DNA from: Octopus vulgaris
Taxonomy: Eukaryota
Direction: 5' to 3'
NCBI GenBank assembly: GCA_951406725.2
Contig: OX597818.1
Coordinates: forward strand, 8,618,001-8,682,000
Length of the DNA: 64,000 bases
Shown piece after piece: positions 40,772-54,654 of this stretch; the first letter of the stretch is position 1; each line of letters begins with the position of its first letter. A program made the position numbers and the translations under genes. The notes beneath the pieces were generated by a model. The model was not told the DNA's origin, did no database searches, and saw only the letters and a list, made by a program, of their open reading frames with translations.

Positions 40772-41109
40772 ATATTTATAATAATGTTTTATCAAGTAGC
40801 CAGCATGTAATGAACCATATAGGTAATAATTTATAAAAGTATATGTAATTATATAAATATAATTATGATAATAAGGGCACTAATGAATAGCACCACATAC
40901 TAGAAATAGACGCTGAATGGTGTCTATTTCTAGCATTTGCCAGTAGTTTCTCTTTGATTTGCTTCGGTTGATTCAAACGACCATACTGTGGAATCACCTA
41001 GAAATATTTTATCGAACAAATCTACCTCCGCACGTATCTTGTTTTAATGCCCCTATTATTATAATTAGGTTTATATAATTATATATACCTGTGTGACAAT
41101 GGCCCTCTA

Positions 41110-41370
41110 AATTTGTCTTGCGTTCTTCAGGCTCTCCTTGCGTCTGCAGAGACCTCAATATTGCAATCAGTTCAACATCATCGAAGGGCTTTTCGCAATT
41201 AACAAAAGCGATACACAGAGGAAGCCTGCATCCGTTCGCTCGTCGTATGAAGTGAGTTAGAGTGAATATGCGATCTACTGCATTATAGTCTCCACGAAAA
41301 CCTGCTTAATCATTTGGCTGTCAGTCACAGAGCTTCTTAGTGTGGTGACTATGACCTTTATACACTGCTT
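41110..41370 (-). mobile_element. RTE-clade LINE RT fragment
   Basis: Minus strand 'QPND*AGFRGDYNAVDRIFTL...LPLCIAFVNCEKPFDDVE'. Confidence 0.75.
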
Positions 41371-42569
41371 ACAGAGGTGAGACAAGAGGCATATGCCGCG
41401 ATAGATTTTTTTTTACATTTTCATTTTCACCCAAATGGAGCGCAATTACACACCACGAACTCGAAACCTCTCAAACTGTCAGATCAGTGTGGAGGTCTCT
41501 CCACGAGCAACAGCTGCCTTCGAAGAGGACATGCGACGGTGTCTCGATATTGCAAGAGAAAGATGTCACTGAGAAGCATCCGCCTCAATCCAGTCGACAT
41601 ACAATCGCTGTGACATTTGTAGGCGCCTGTGTGCCTCCAGTTTTGTATTGCGGAGGCACAAGCGCTCTCATCGCTGAGAACACAGGCTTCGTCATCATCG
41701 TCGTCATCATGATTGACTACCTAGCACAATGGACAGACCGGCTTATCAATATAGATAATGAACGCATTCACAAACAAATACTTTAAACTGTGTTTATGCT
41801 GAGAAACAAGAAAATAATAAGCTGAAGAAAATATACAAAGATTCTTTTAAACCCAATTTAAAATGCCTTGAATTAGGTTACTAAAGTTTCGAATCCTTTG
41901 CAGCAGACAAAGAAGCTAGGAGAGCTATGATATAAGCGGGGTTAAGTGTTTCATGTCAAAAGAGTTTAGCAAACTAAAAGGGGAACAAATTTTGTAAAAC
42001 TGAGATCAGTATCAATAAGGATGCGAATGTTCTCATTCCTTCTTTGATATTCCATATACGGTTAACGAACACATGAAATATTGGAATTTCATTGCAGGTT
42101 ACCAGTTTCAAGGTGGCATGTGTCAAAAACCAAGTCACGTGGAGTATTGTAGTGTTTGGTAACAGATTTCTTATGCAGTATTGTTCTTTCTTTCGTTTTT
42201 GGATTTCGTTTGCAAGATTCTTTATATGAGTTCTTGTGTTGACTTTCCCCAGACACAACAGAATATTCTTCTTTTGCCTTTCATAGTTGATCATTTTCAT
42301 CTTTTATTTTGTAAAATAGGAATATTTAAAATGTTCCATTTGCACAATTGTGTCGTATACTCTGTCCTCTATAACTAAGCCGCATGTCACAGGTGTATAT
42401 AAATATAATGATTTGACTACGTGATTTATTTATTATTTTAACTTGCATCTATTATCTTTTAACGGTATTTACATGATTGTACTAATCCATCATTCTCTAA
42501 CATTAATTTGCATATATTGTGAATTTACTGACATAAAAGCTTTCTAATATTCTTTTCAACATTAAGAAC

Positions 42570-42670
42570 AAGGCTTGAAGTATTGGACTGAGTGGGTAGT
42601 TGATTACATTGACCCCAATGCTCGACTGGTACTTATTTCGTCAACTCCAAACGGATTAATGACAAACTCT
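42570..42670 (-). mobile_element. SINE fragment (central domain)
   Basis: GATTACATTGACCCCAATGCTCGACTGGTACTTATTT, shared with the other SINE copies. Confidence 0.6.
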
Positions 42671-43466
42671 ATGAGAACTACAACTACGACTACTGCAATT
42701 AAAACTGCACAACCACACAAATTCATGTGCTCAAGCAGGCCTTAATGTGCGTGTATGTTTATATACGCATGTTGTATGTGTGAGTGTGTATAATTGTGAA
42801 AGCCTAACTTAGTGATAGATAAAAAGATCCATAAAATAGAGATTAAAGTATATGTGATTGACTAATAGAGGCAATATTTAATTACATTTTGCACACTTTG
42901 AGACGAAAATTAGATATTGACTACTTATTTGGAGGGCTAATACTCATTCCCTAACTCGAAACTGAATCACTGTTCTTTAAAAATCTCAAAGTAAGTAAAA
43001 GCATGTTTCCATACATTAAAAATTAAAAACCACGCGTGTTTGTTACTATCTCAGAATAAATATGGAATTATATAATATATATTACATGCACGTGATGAGA
43101 TGTACCGATGATACAGAACATAATTTAATTAAGCCTATAGTTTAATTGAATGTGAATTCTTGTTCCACTTGAGTCCTACTTATTCTTTAGTGTGTAGATC
43201 TATGAGCAAAATAAATTCCCTACACGTGGCAAACCTGCTATTTGTTATGGATATAGTATATGATAGATGATACTACCTAAGATGTCCTTCTGAAAGCGGC
43301 GCGTGTACTTCGAGAAACAGTTAGCCGCTACTTCTTGCCTGATAAATGAAATGGATTTGGTTGTAGTATTTTTCGGCTTTTTTTTCTTTCTTTTGTGGTT
43401 TTTCGTTGAACGGGCTGGAAATCCAAATCTGTAATACATTTTACAGGACGAGATACACTTTATACC

Positions 43467-43660
43467 GGTTTCAAATTTTGGCTCAAGGCCAGCAATTTCG
43501 AGGCATGGGGTAAATAGATAGCGTCTACCACAGTTCTCAATCCCGAAACGATGAAAGCTAATGTCGGCATCGGCGAAATTTGAACTCACAACGTAAAGAC
43601 AGACGAAATGCTGCAAAGTATCTTACTAAGTGTGCTAACGACTATGCTAGCTCGCCGCTT
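43467..43660 (-). mobile_element. tRNA-derived SINE
   Basis: Minus strand head GCGGCGAGCTAGCATAGTCGTTAGCAC (A-box-like) and GAGTTCAAATTTCGCC (B-box-like). Confidence 0.75.
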
Positions 43661-44324
43661 CCTAAATGATATCGGGTGATATAAAGTAATGGTGAACATT
43701 ATTAAGTCGTTGCACGTCCTCTAAGAAATAGCAGCTAGAAACGAAGATCACACTCTACTCCTGAAACTGTAAGACTATTAATTAACACGAGTCTGGATAT
43801 AGCAAAAAGGAAATTGGTAAAGTTGGAACGATTTTGTTCATACATGTTATCTTTGAGAGTTGATCATCTGCTATATTAATTGCAGCGAATATCAATAAAA
43901 TTTTCTACTACAGACTGCTACCTGGATAGCAGCCCTGTGTTATCATAGAACCTCCAGCTCGTCGATCACCAACGTTTTCTCAAATTAAAACATAAAATCT
44001 ACAAAAATGAAAAGACTAAGGTAAACATTTATATACAAAGTGACACGATAATCGTAATTTGAATATTTCACATCAGAGTTCATGTTAAAATCTACTATCC
44101 ATCTTCAGATTGTGGTGAAACCAGTTCAAATATTTAAATAACGTTCCGTAAATATATCGGTTTCGTAGATCAATAACACCAGACGATCTACTGGCTGAGT
44201 CTGTTTTAGTCAACATTTTATAACAGAGTGCATTTATTCGGCATTTACTTAGTACGTCTATTTTGTCAACATCTCCAGGCAAACTTACAAAAACAGTTAC
44301 TTTATTTAAAATTCAGAAAATGTT

Positions 44325-44370
<46 letters not shown>

Positions 44371-44471
44371 AGTATGTATGTATGTATGTATGTATGTATG
44401 TATGTATGTAGAGTAACTCCAACTGTATGAAGATACTATTCATCATATAAAGCAGAATTAACCATAATATT

Positions 44472-44636
44472 GGTTTCGAGATTTTGCTTAAGGCCAGCCA
44501 TTTCGAAGTGGATTACATCGAACCCAGTGTTCAACTGATTCTTATTTTATGGACCTCGGCAGAAATTGAACTCACAAGGCAAAGACGGATTCAATTTTGG
44601 CAGGCGTGGTGAACAATTCTGCCAGGTCGCCGCCTT
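44472..44636 (-). mobile_element. tRNA-derived SINE
   Basis: Same family; head GGCGGCGACCTGGCAGAATTG on the minus strand. Confidence 0.72.
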
Positions 44637-46214
44637 AGTGTTAAGCATAATGTCAACAGCAGCAAAACTGGATGTTCAATCATTGTTTACATCCTCTATT
44701 GCGTTGCTACGTTTCCATACACCATTTGTTTTAACTGGTATTACAGTTAAACTATAATAAATAAATGAAATGTCTGAATACGGAAATGTATGTGAAGGTA
44801 GTGATTTGATTGGTTGAAACGGGAAAAGGGAGAATAAGGGCTATCTACAAAGGAAATGTTTATTAGAGATAATGGTACCAAGTGTTAAAGAAAAATAAAG
44901 AGGGAAAAGGCCAGCCGAAAAAAAAAGCTATGCTGAAAGATAAGAAAGGAAGGCGGTAAAAGAAATGGTACTAAGGAAAAATGGGATGAGAGGAAAAAAA
45001 ACAAAGGAAACAAACTGCGAATAGTAGAAAAGAACGAAAATAAATAAGTAAAACGTGAAAGGAAGTTAAGTGCCTGAGAGAATCAAGACTGAAGTGGAAT
45101 GTTAGGTGTAAAATGTAGATGCCAAAAGGAAAACATGAAGAGAAAGAGAGAAACAAGAGTTAACTTTGAACTGTATTAGGTATGTATCGATATATTGCTC
45201 AAAATATAGTTCTGGTGATGAAATTGTGTAGAATGCATAGAATGAGATTATGAACAATTAAGATATGGAAGTGCGAGAGGAGGGTACTTTGTTGACGAAG
45301 GGCCTTTTCAAAAATATGATGGCAGAAGAGGGTTAAATTTAGTGTAAAATGTAGCAGGCAGGTTTAGTGTCAAGAAATTGCAGGTCTGTGGTGTATGATA
45401 TTTTTAAGAAAGATATTTTCTTTAATAAATGTGTAAATTTTTAGGTCAAGTGAATGAAGGAATAAATCTATAAATAAATAAAAAAGTTCAAAATTAATAT
45501 AGTGATTAGATATTACGTGTTGCTCACAGACTGTGAGGAGCCAGTCGGTGATTAAATTTCCTATAACTCCGAAAGGTTGCAAGGTAAAGCTAACTGCGGA
45601 GGGCTTCGGTTTCAAATTTCGATACGCCAGCGGTTCAACGAGTTTACAATAAGAAAATTGATGAGAATGTAGGATATACATGTGCGCTTCAAAACAAATA
45701 AACAGAAGTATGGATAAATTCAAATTGTAGAAACATATGGTGATTGACTAATATACAAAATTACGGTGAGATGTAGTAGAGCTTTTATTAAAAAAATATG
45801 TATGAGTAAACGGAAACGATAATAGATACAAAGCTTCATTTGAACCTGAAAAATAACAGATAGATACTTCAGAAGAAAGAAAATAAGGTGAAAATAACTA
45901 GATAACTTTATTATGAATAAACAAATAAGAGCACTGTCCAATTATACAACCGGTGCCATGTAGTTAAGACTATTTAATTATACATTAAGAAAAGAGAAAA
46001 TACATTGAAATAAATTAAGTTAATCTTTCTTCAAGGCGGTTTTGAGAGTTCGCATGTTTACTTACCTAATAAATTCACATGGTTGTGATTGCTGATCTTT
46101 ATGCTGCTCAAAGTTAGACAAACAAGTAGTAAATGTATATGACTACATACTTACATGCATACATAGAGACATACACACACATGTGTACGTATGTATAAAT
46201 ATTTCTTTTTTCTC

Positions 46215-46378
46215 CATTCGACTTCATTCGTATAACCCTTTTAGGTATTATTACCTCTTATTCGTATATATGTGTATATCTTATACTACTGGGTGCCTTA
46301 TTAAATTAATATATATATTTATATTCGATTTTGATAATTTGTGAATGATATAAAGTTGTTTTGACCGATTGGAGTGTT
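46215..46378 (+). repeat. Direct repeat copy 1, upstream of the L1/Tx1 remnant
   Basis: CATTCGACTTCA.TCGTATAACCCTTTTAGGT...ATGATATAAAGTTGTTTTGACCGATTGGA, also at 48757-48923. Confidence 0.85.
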
Positions 46379-46499
46379 TATTCATTATACCTTTCAATTT
46401 TATTCCTCCTTTCTCCTCGGTATCTGCCATTCTTTGGTTCAACTCCCTCGTGGATAAGTAGAAGTTAAGATTTGTCCAATTTGGCATCTCTAATACTTA

Positions 46500-48640
46500 T
46501 ACCTCGATTTCCCTAGGCTGCTATGGCGGACTGCAACGAGAACAAAGCACCGGGAATTCATGGTCCCCTCTATGAATTATATAATAGTATTTCAGACTTT
46601 TCGGAAACCTGCTAGCGGGCGTCTTTACGGACTTGTGGCAGAATGGGTTCATTCCCAGATCTGTATGTCGAGGAGTGGTTAGGAAGAACTCGAACAAGGG
46701 GGATTCATTAGTTATTTTTGGCCCATCACTTTGTCAATCATAGAGTTGAAGATTTTGACCAAGGTTTTAGTGAAAAGGATGGCGCGTGTCGCGGATGGGC
46801 TCGTTAGGTAAGCAGAAACTTGTGCTATTCCCGGCAGAACCATTCAGGACAATCTCCACTTTATACATTATGCCTTAGAGTAGAAATATAATAAACCTGG
46901 CTCAGGTAGGGCAGTGGTCTGATTAGACCAAGCTAAGGCTTTCTATAGGGATGAACATTCAGTACCTTGTGTCGGTCCTCGCGGTGTTCGGTTTGGGTCC
47001 GAAATTCCTTAGCTGAATCATCGCCATGTATGGCAACATCCACTCGAAAGTTCGGATGCACGATTTCTTTTCGAAGCCGTTCTGCATCACACGATCGGTT
47101 CGCCAGGAATGCCCTCTCTCCCCACTTTGTATGTGTTGATTCTTGAGCCATTCCTACATAGGTTGGAGGCGATGAGGAGCTCGAGGGAACAGTAACAGCG
47201 AACGCGGACGATATTACCATCATCGTATCCGAAGTGGAACACCTACAGCAGGTAGACGATGCAATTAAGGAATACGAGACGGTTAATCGTGAAAAGTCAA
47301 TCGGCTTGCAAATCGGCACCTGGAGGAGCAAGCCGATACCTCCCAACAGCGTCGTAGGACGTTGGACGGAGGGTCTCATTAAACATCTAGGGTCTGATTC
47401 GGTTTGGAACTCCAGATAGAGAATTGGAGCGAGGTACTGAGCAGGGTGACCCAGCTTACACCTGACCTGGGCGATGGCTATCTTTTAAAGGGAGGGCGGA
47501 GGTTACCAATGGGTTTATCGCATCGGTGATTACTTACCATCAAACTTTCGCATCTTGTCCCCTTTCGTGATCAAGTTGGAATGGGTGTTCTTTCGCTTTT
47601 TGTGGGAGGGCTCCTTATGAAGCGCTCTACCTGCTGTCAAAAACCGTTAAAGGGTGGACTAGGGATACCGTAGCTGATGATGTGCAGGCATGCGCTGAAG
47701 CTGAGACACCTGTGGATCTATTGGAATCGAAGTTGGGTACATGGTACCCAGTGCCGAAAGGCACTTCTATTCTATAGCTCGGGCAATGCTAACGGTGACG
47801 TTTCAATCGCATCATTCAATAGACGGATGGTAGAGTCGAAATGTGATGATGCCTTAGGAAAGATCGATTATAATCATCTCACCAGCCTGTTCCGAAGAAC
47901 ATTCGAGTTGAGGGCCCTGGATAATTTCCAGAAGTCCTTGACCTGGCAATGTTATCGAGAGGGCCTTACCTGTCAGGGATAAGCTCGCAAGGCATGGTTA
48001 TCACAGCTCGCCGACTTGCCCAAGATGCGTGCAGGATAAGGAAACTGTCCTGCATGCGATTGTAGAATGTTCAAGTGTGTCGGATCTGTGGGCTTCTGTC
48101 GAAAAACTGTTGTGAAATGCTGGAAGAGTACAGCTTTCCGCTGAGTCACTTGTAAAAATTGACCCACCTACCTCTTTAAATAAAGAATGTAAGAATTGCT
48201 TTCTCATTGTAGTAGCAATTGCGAAAGAGACTGTATGGAAAAGTAGAATGAAAGTGTGCATGACCAGCAATTTCAACTCTGGCCCAACATTGGTGAGCTT
48301 TTTCAAATTTAACCAGAAAAGGAAGATAGGGCTGTCAGCTGTTGTGTTTGCGGAAAGATGGAATAGTGTAGCACGAATGTTGAGAAGGGATGTTCCAACG
48401 TGATTACTACAGTGGTGGAATGGAGCTTGTGATAGTACGTCTCATCCCCATCAATTGTATCGTCCCCTCTTTGTTGGTCCCCGGTGGCCAATAAAACAAA
48501 TTGAATGTGGAGTTTTCTCCTGCTGAAAAGATGTTGCTGTTGAATTTCCTTAATGGATTGTACCTTAACGATGTGAAGCAGCATCCTTGGAAACGATCGT
48601 AGAGATGGGCTTCAATGGACTCTGTTCTGGTTTCTTTACC
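46500..48640 (+). mobile_element. Degenerate L1/Tx1-clade LINE (5'-truncated)
   Basis: 'KAPGIHG', 'ELKILTKVLVKRM', 'CAIPGRTIQDNLH', 'LDQAKAF', 'RQECPLSP' and 'ANADDITI'. Confidence 0.75.
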
Positions 48641-48756
48641 CTTTTATTTTTTATAGTCATACTCTTGTATTTGTATATATTTATATTATTTTAGCTCAAT
48701 TGCCTTAAATTTTAGTCGCCTTTATTACGCATGAATTTATTCCATATAATTTTCTT

Positions 48757-48923
48757 CATTCGACTTCACTCGTATAACCCTTTTAGGTTTTATGACTTTT
48801 TATTCGTGTATATGTGTATATTTTGTACTATTCCGTTTTACCATTGAGTGCTCTATTATTTTAATATATATTTATATTCAATTTTGTAAATGATATAAAG
48901 TTGTTTTGACCGATTGGAATGTT
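48757..48923 (+). repeat. Direct repeat copy 2, downstream of the L1/Tx1 remnant
   Basis: Matches 46215-46378 with substitutions and indels. Confidence 0.85.
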
Positions 48924-49087
48924 ATTTCTACTTTCGCTTCGGTTTCACCGTAGCACTTCCTGCTGCAGTGCTGTTTTCATTTTTGTGCTTCCGTCTAACG
49001 AAATTGCCTTTCAGTTTAACAAAGTTATAAAATTGTCCTCTTATATATATATACATACATACACTGACACACACATACATAGATACC

Positions 49088-49133
<46 letters not shown>

Positions 49134-49144
49134 TATATATACAC

Positions 49145-49205
<61 letters not shown>

Positions 49206-50570
49206 CATATACATGCATATATAGCTGTATATTTATGCACAACCACACGTGTGTATATTTACGTATGTAGTTATGCATATATATTATGCACAGCTGTGTA
49301 CTGCTTGTTTTCGTGAAAAATGTCATTCCATCGTTAATGAAATACCAGCAGAGGTTTGTACGAAGGCCTACAGATCCTACCTTTCCAGTCCATGAATAGA
49401 TTGCATATAAACACAAGTTGTTTACATCAGTCAACTATATTCAGCTTCAGAGAAAATCCAATGATTTATCCCGTACGGCATTAGAACAAAATAATGCTAA
49501 CGCACTACGGCAATGCACGCTCACACACTTATACACACAAATACAAATACATATGGAATATTTCTTCATATACTCGTATATTCAGTAGGTATACACAAAT
49601 TCTAGAGTGTAACAAATTATATTTTCCGACCATACGTTATTTGTTTCAAGTATTTCTTTGTATTTATTTTTGATTTTCGCTGTTTAATACATCGAGTGTT
49701 GTGTCGAAATGTCAAGTGGCAAATCTTACGGCTGCCCTTCAAATTTCAACGAAGTAGAATCATTGCTAATCTGAAGCAGTTTCCACGATAAATTTAGTTG
49801 GCTAGACACTTGTAAACTGCAAATGTTCCGTAGTAGTTGTATCCAACGAAATGAGTGTGAATTTGAAGACAGAGTGGGTCGTATGTGTGTTTGTGTATGT
49901 GTGTGTGTGAGTGTGTATGCGCTTGTGTGCCCGTGCCTTTGTGTGTCTGTTTGTGTGTATGAACGTGGATCAGTATATACATAAAAATATATGTATATTT
50001 CCTGTATGCATGTGAGGAGGAGCTGTATACGTTTCTTCTTTTCCACTCAAAAAACATTGCAACTTATACACTTCATTATGATAATTATCTACATTATCTG
50101 TAATAGTAACCGCAGTACTAGCTGAAACAACTTCCTCATCACGACCAACTTAGATACCACCACTGCTCTACAGTAACCATTGTAACCACTACCACCACTA
50201 TCACCACTATCATAACCATTTTAATCACCATCACCACTAAGACAATAAAAGCAAGATCGCCACTATACCGTTGCCGAGAGCAACAAATAAACAATGAGTT
50301 CCCTCAATTATGATTATCCCCATGACTACTGTAGCCACTACACTACCGCTCTCATTATTCTCACTGCTATTGATACGTGAAGCCACATCCGTTATAACAA
50401 ATAACGTCACCATAACTCCGACGACATCTATAATCACCAAGCGCCTCTAATTTGGAGAGAATGAAATGATATACGCACTTTTCTCACTGGATGAAATGAT
50501 ATACCCACATTTCTGAAAACTATTATCCACTGCCTTAAGATTAATAACTAAAATTAGCTTGAAACAATAT

Positions 50571-50764
50571 TGGTTTGAAGTATGGAACACGGTCATTAAT
50601 TTCGGTAGGAAGGTGTAAGTCGATTACAAGGTCCCCATTGGCCAACTGATACTTATTTTATCGTACGCGAAAGAATAGCAGGTAAAGTCGACCACGGCGG
50701 AATTTTAACTCTGTCACTAAGCATATTGTCCGGCGTGCTAATGATTCACCCTATTCGCTGCCCT
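50571..50764 (-). mobile_element. tRNA-derived SINE
   Basis: AAGTCGATTAC...CAACTGATACTTATTTTATCG...AAAGTCGACCACGGCGGAATTTTAACTC...CGGCGTGCTAATGATTC; same family as 43467. Confidence 0.72.
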
Positions 50765-51171
50765 TCTCGCTTGAGTAATATTGATATATAGCTAAAATAA
50801 ATATTGGATCGTCATGGCTGGAGTACATTTGATAATATGTTTGTTCAAACAGGATCGAGTCGGCACTGGAATGCTGTAACATCACGTAATAAAACTAGTT
50901 ACAATGTTACTGATTTCCTAGGCTTGAAATTGTCTTTTGAAAATTGTTGGTATTAAAAGCAGCAGAAATAACAGGATTTATGAAGACAAGGACGATCGCA
51001 ATACGATCACTAAAAATAAGCAACAAATCTAGGCAAATATACTTCTTTCTCTTCCTATAGTCGTCATCTCTTCCCAGTTCCTTAACTTAAAATCGTCATA
51101 ATTATCATCATCGTCCTCTTCATCATTATCTAGTGTGATGTAGATAATAAAGATACTGCTAATAAAGATAC

Positions 51172-51255
<84 letters not shown>

Positions 51256-51490
51256 CGATGATGATGATGATGACGATGACGATGATGATGATGATGATGG
51301 TTGTGGTGGAGGTGGGGATGGTGGTGGTGGTGAAGATGATGGTGGTAGTGGAGGCGGTGGTGATGATAATGATGAAAAAGAGGAGGAAGAGTTGGCGGTG
51401 GTGATGTTGATGAAGAGGTGGAGTAGGACAGGAGGAGGAGAAAGAGGAAGAAGAAGAAGATGAATATGAAGAAGATGATGATGACAACGA
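51172..51490. repeat. (GAT)n microsatellite grading into GGT/GAA-rich triplets
   Basis: Directly visible; source of the poly-M and poly-I ORFs. Confidence 0.95.
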
Positions 51491-52801
51491 CGCCGATGAT
51501 TACAACTAAGAAAATTACCTTAGGTGTCTCGACTCTTGTGTTTCTGACTTTAATCTGACATATGGAAATATTTGAAATATTTGAAGGTGCTGCGGTTGCT
51601 ACATTGCATATATTGAGTGAATTTCCCGAATAATGGTATCTCTGTGTATCTATTTATAACATAACATTATCCTGTACAGCCAAATTATAACAATGTGGAC
51701 CAGGTTATTGACAGGCAGATATTCTGTATACACCTAATAATAATTGCATCAAATTAAGCTACAACAGACAAGGTACGTTTTGAAGAACGAGATGATTTGC
51801 TGAAGTAGAGAGCAATTCATATTTGACATATACATTATACATCACGTAACGTTCTCTGCCTTTCGTGTTTTTCTTTTGTTCTGTTTTCAACCTAGTAGTT
51901 CAATTTCGCATACCTTTTTACTCCCACTTCTTTATTTCTCTTTCTGTGACAGCGGTTTTATTTTTCTTTCTTCCCTTTTTCTTTCTTTTCTTCTTAGTAT
52001 TTAATTTGACATCCAGAGGTACACTTTCTAGTGTTGAATCGTTAGTGTAACCATGATTTGCGGATGATTTCATGGGTTACCTTCCTTCCATTACACTGAT
52101 TTGCGAATATACAATTGCATTGTATAATGCCGAGCCTACATATTAGTGCAAAGAGGCAGCATAAATTCATCCACACTCAAAGTATTACTACATGAAGAAG
52201 GGTGCAAATCACCTTTCTTCTAAAAAACTAAACGCATGGTTTCTGACTGGATAGAAGTTTCTTTCACCTTCAGCAAGACAATCTTCCATCTTACATTCAA
52301 GTTCTGATTTCTAACACGATAACCATCGGCGCTATAGTTCAAGTTTTTTTCATGACCGAAAAATAAATGTTGATTACATCCTCCTACAGAACTATATGCA
52401 TTATCCTTGGATTGCTGGATATTGATGCCAACTGGAATGCAAGACTGAATATTGCATGAAGGCATCAGACGTGTTTTAAAATGGTGTCTGAGTTGGGTAT
52501 TTTGGCATTAAGGTATTAGTATCTCATAAAACTAAATACTGTGTTTATTACATAAGGCGTATATACAAACATACATACATACACACATATACACACCCGT
52601 ATATATATAATTGCCACGAAATGTGACTATGGTATTAAGAAACACCTACATTGTGAGAAATTCGATGTAAAATGCTCTAATGCTGTAGTTATCACACATG
52701 AATGAAAGGACATGCACTAAAATAGACCTATGGACCTGAATCGTACGAACAATGTCAATCAAGTATTCTTAATACTGACTTAATCTTCGATAATATATAT
52801 G

Positions 52802-52840
<39 letters not shown>

Positions 52841-53304
52841 TTACTCTCAGAGTTGAAATTGCCAATTACTGTAGTCTTTAAAATATATTAACAGCTAATA
52901 ATAAATGTTCAGGCAGTGTAAGCAACGTCAATGGCTAAAAAGAAAAGGAATTCAGTTAAAATTTTTATCCAGTAATTTTATACCATCACTGTTATTTTCT
53001 CTTGACTCTGTGAGTATTTCCCATTCTGTTTGTCTTGACAATCTATTGGTAATCAATGCCTCATACGTTGAAAAACCATCTAAACATATCACATTCAGAA
53101 CACAAAAGCAAATTGTTATATTTAGCATGAGCCATTGTACCAAAGTTTGATTAATTATCGTCATTCTCCTCTTGTTTTCTAAAGAGGAGATATACCTTGT
53201 TACTATAAGTCAATGTAAATTATGGCAATGATATTTACAATGAAGCCGGAAATACTTTTCAGAGCCCCACCACACACAAACATACATACATTTCTCCTTC
53301 TCTT

Positions 53305-53368
<64 letters not shown>

Positions 53369-53619
53369 TCTTTCCAACTTTACAATCTCTACCGTATCAA
53401 TTTCTTCGTCGGAGACTTTACTCTCTATATACGATATAATTCTGTCTCTCCTATAACCCTGCCTCATTGTCTCATACACCATACCCTCACACACACACAC
53501 ATTTATGTATGCATATACATGTGCATATACAAACATATATACTTATACTATCTCACGAATGCACATGTTAGTTCATCAATCAACACCAGTATTTCTCTTC
53601 TATTCACAGATGTTTCCCA

Positions 53620-54150
53620 GATTTTTACATCTGCTAGGTAGAATATTTCATGCTCATACATTTGAACTCTTGTCTGTCAGACACTTTACATTCTTCTTGC
53701 CTGAAACCTTCATCAAACCTCCCAGTTTCTTTCTCCCACACAACTATTGTCTTTACTTGCTTTTATGTTCAATGTAAATACAACCTATATTCAGGAAAAT
53801 GCAGTATGCACATTCATACAATTGGCACCGAAGACCACACGTAACATTTACACATAACATTCCGGTCACAGATACGTGCTTATATTTACAGATACTTATC
53901 TGTTGCTCATATATTCTGAGCTCTTCTATAGAACATTTCGATATACCTCCTAACATCCCTCTCCAATTTTCAAATTTCCTAACTGACTACTCCTCTTCGT
54001 CACCCTTCACATATGCCTTCGACTTCTTCTGATAAGGAACAAACAACCGAAACGTTATAACTACTTTTCTGTTTATTGAGTTGTTAAATTTATACGGAAT
54101 TTGTCAAAGCCTCCCTCTTGTTTTGTCTTTTTCTGTTATTCATTGATTTT
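53620..54150 (+). mobile_element. Probable PLE 3' remnant with decayed hammerhead (54029-54060)
   Basis: CTGATAA-GG-AACAAACAA-CC-GAAACGTTA after a pyrimidine-rich tract; stem I is not well preserved. Confidence 0.35.
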
Positions 54151-54204
54151 ACATTATACACACAAACATACACAAACAACCTTCAACACCACATGTGTAT
54201 ATAG

Positions 54205-54240
<36 letters not shown>

Positions 54241-54266
54241 AATATAAGAGAGTGGTCACTATATTG

Positions 54267-54326
<60 letters not shown>

Positions 54327-54409
54327 CATATATAGATAGATATATAGATACATACATAGATAGATAGACAAATAGATAGGCATACATATATATATATGTA
54401 TGTATGTAT

Positions 54410-54491
<82 letters not shown>

Positions 54492-54603
54492 CATGTATTA
54501 TTCTGAATCACTAGTAATCTGTCTATATACTGTAGTAAGTACGAAATGTTTACATTTTTAATTCAGTGATTCTAAATATTTCATGACTGTATGTGTGTGT
54601 ACT

Positions 54604-54654
<51 letters not shown>

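Noticed and set aside
43467-43660. tRNA gene
   Set aside because: A- and B-box-like motifs are present but there is no cloverleaf, and multiple diverged copies share a body; a SINE.
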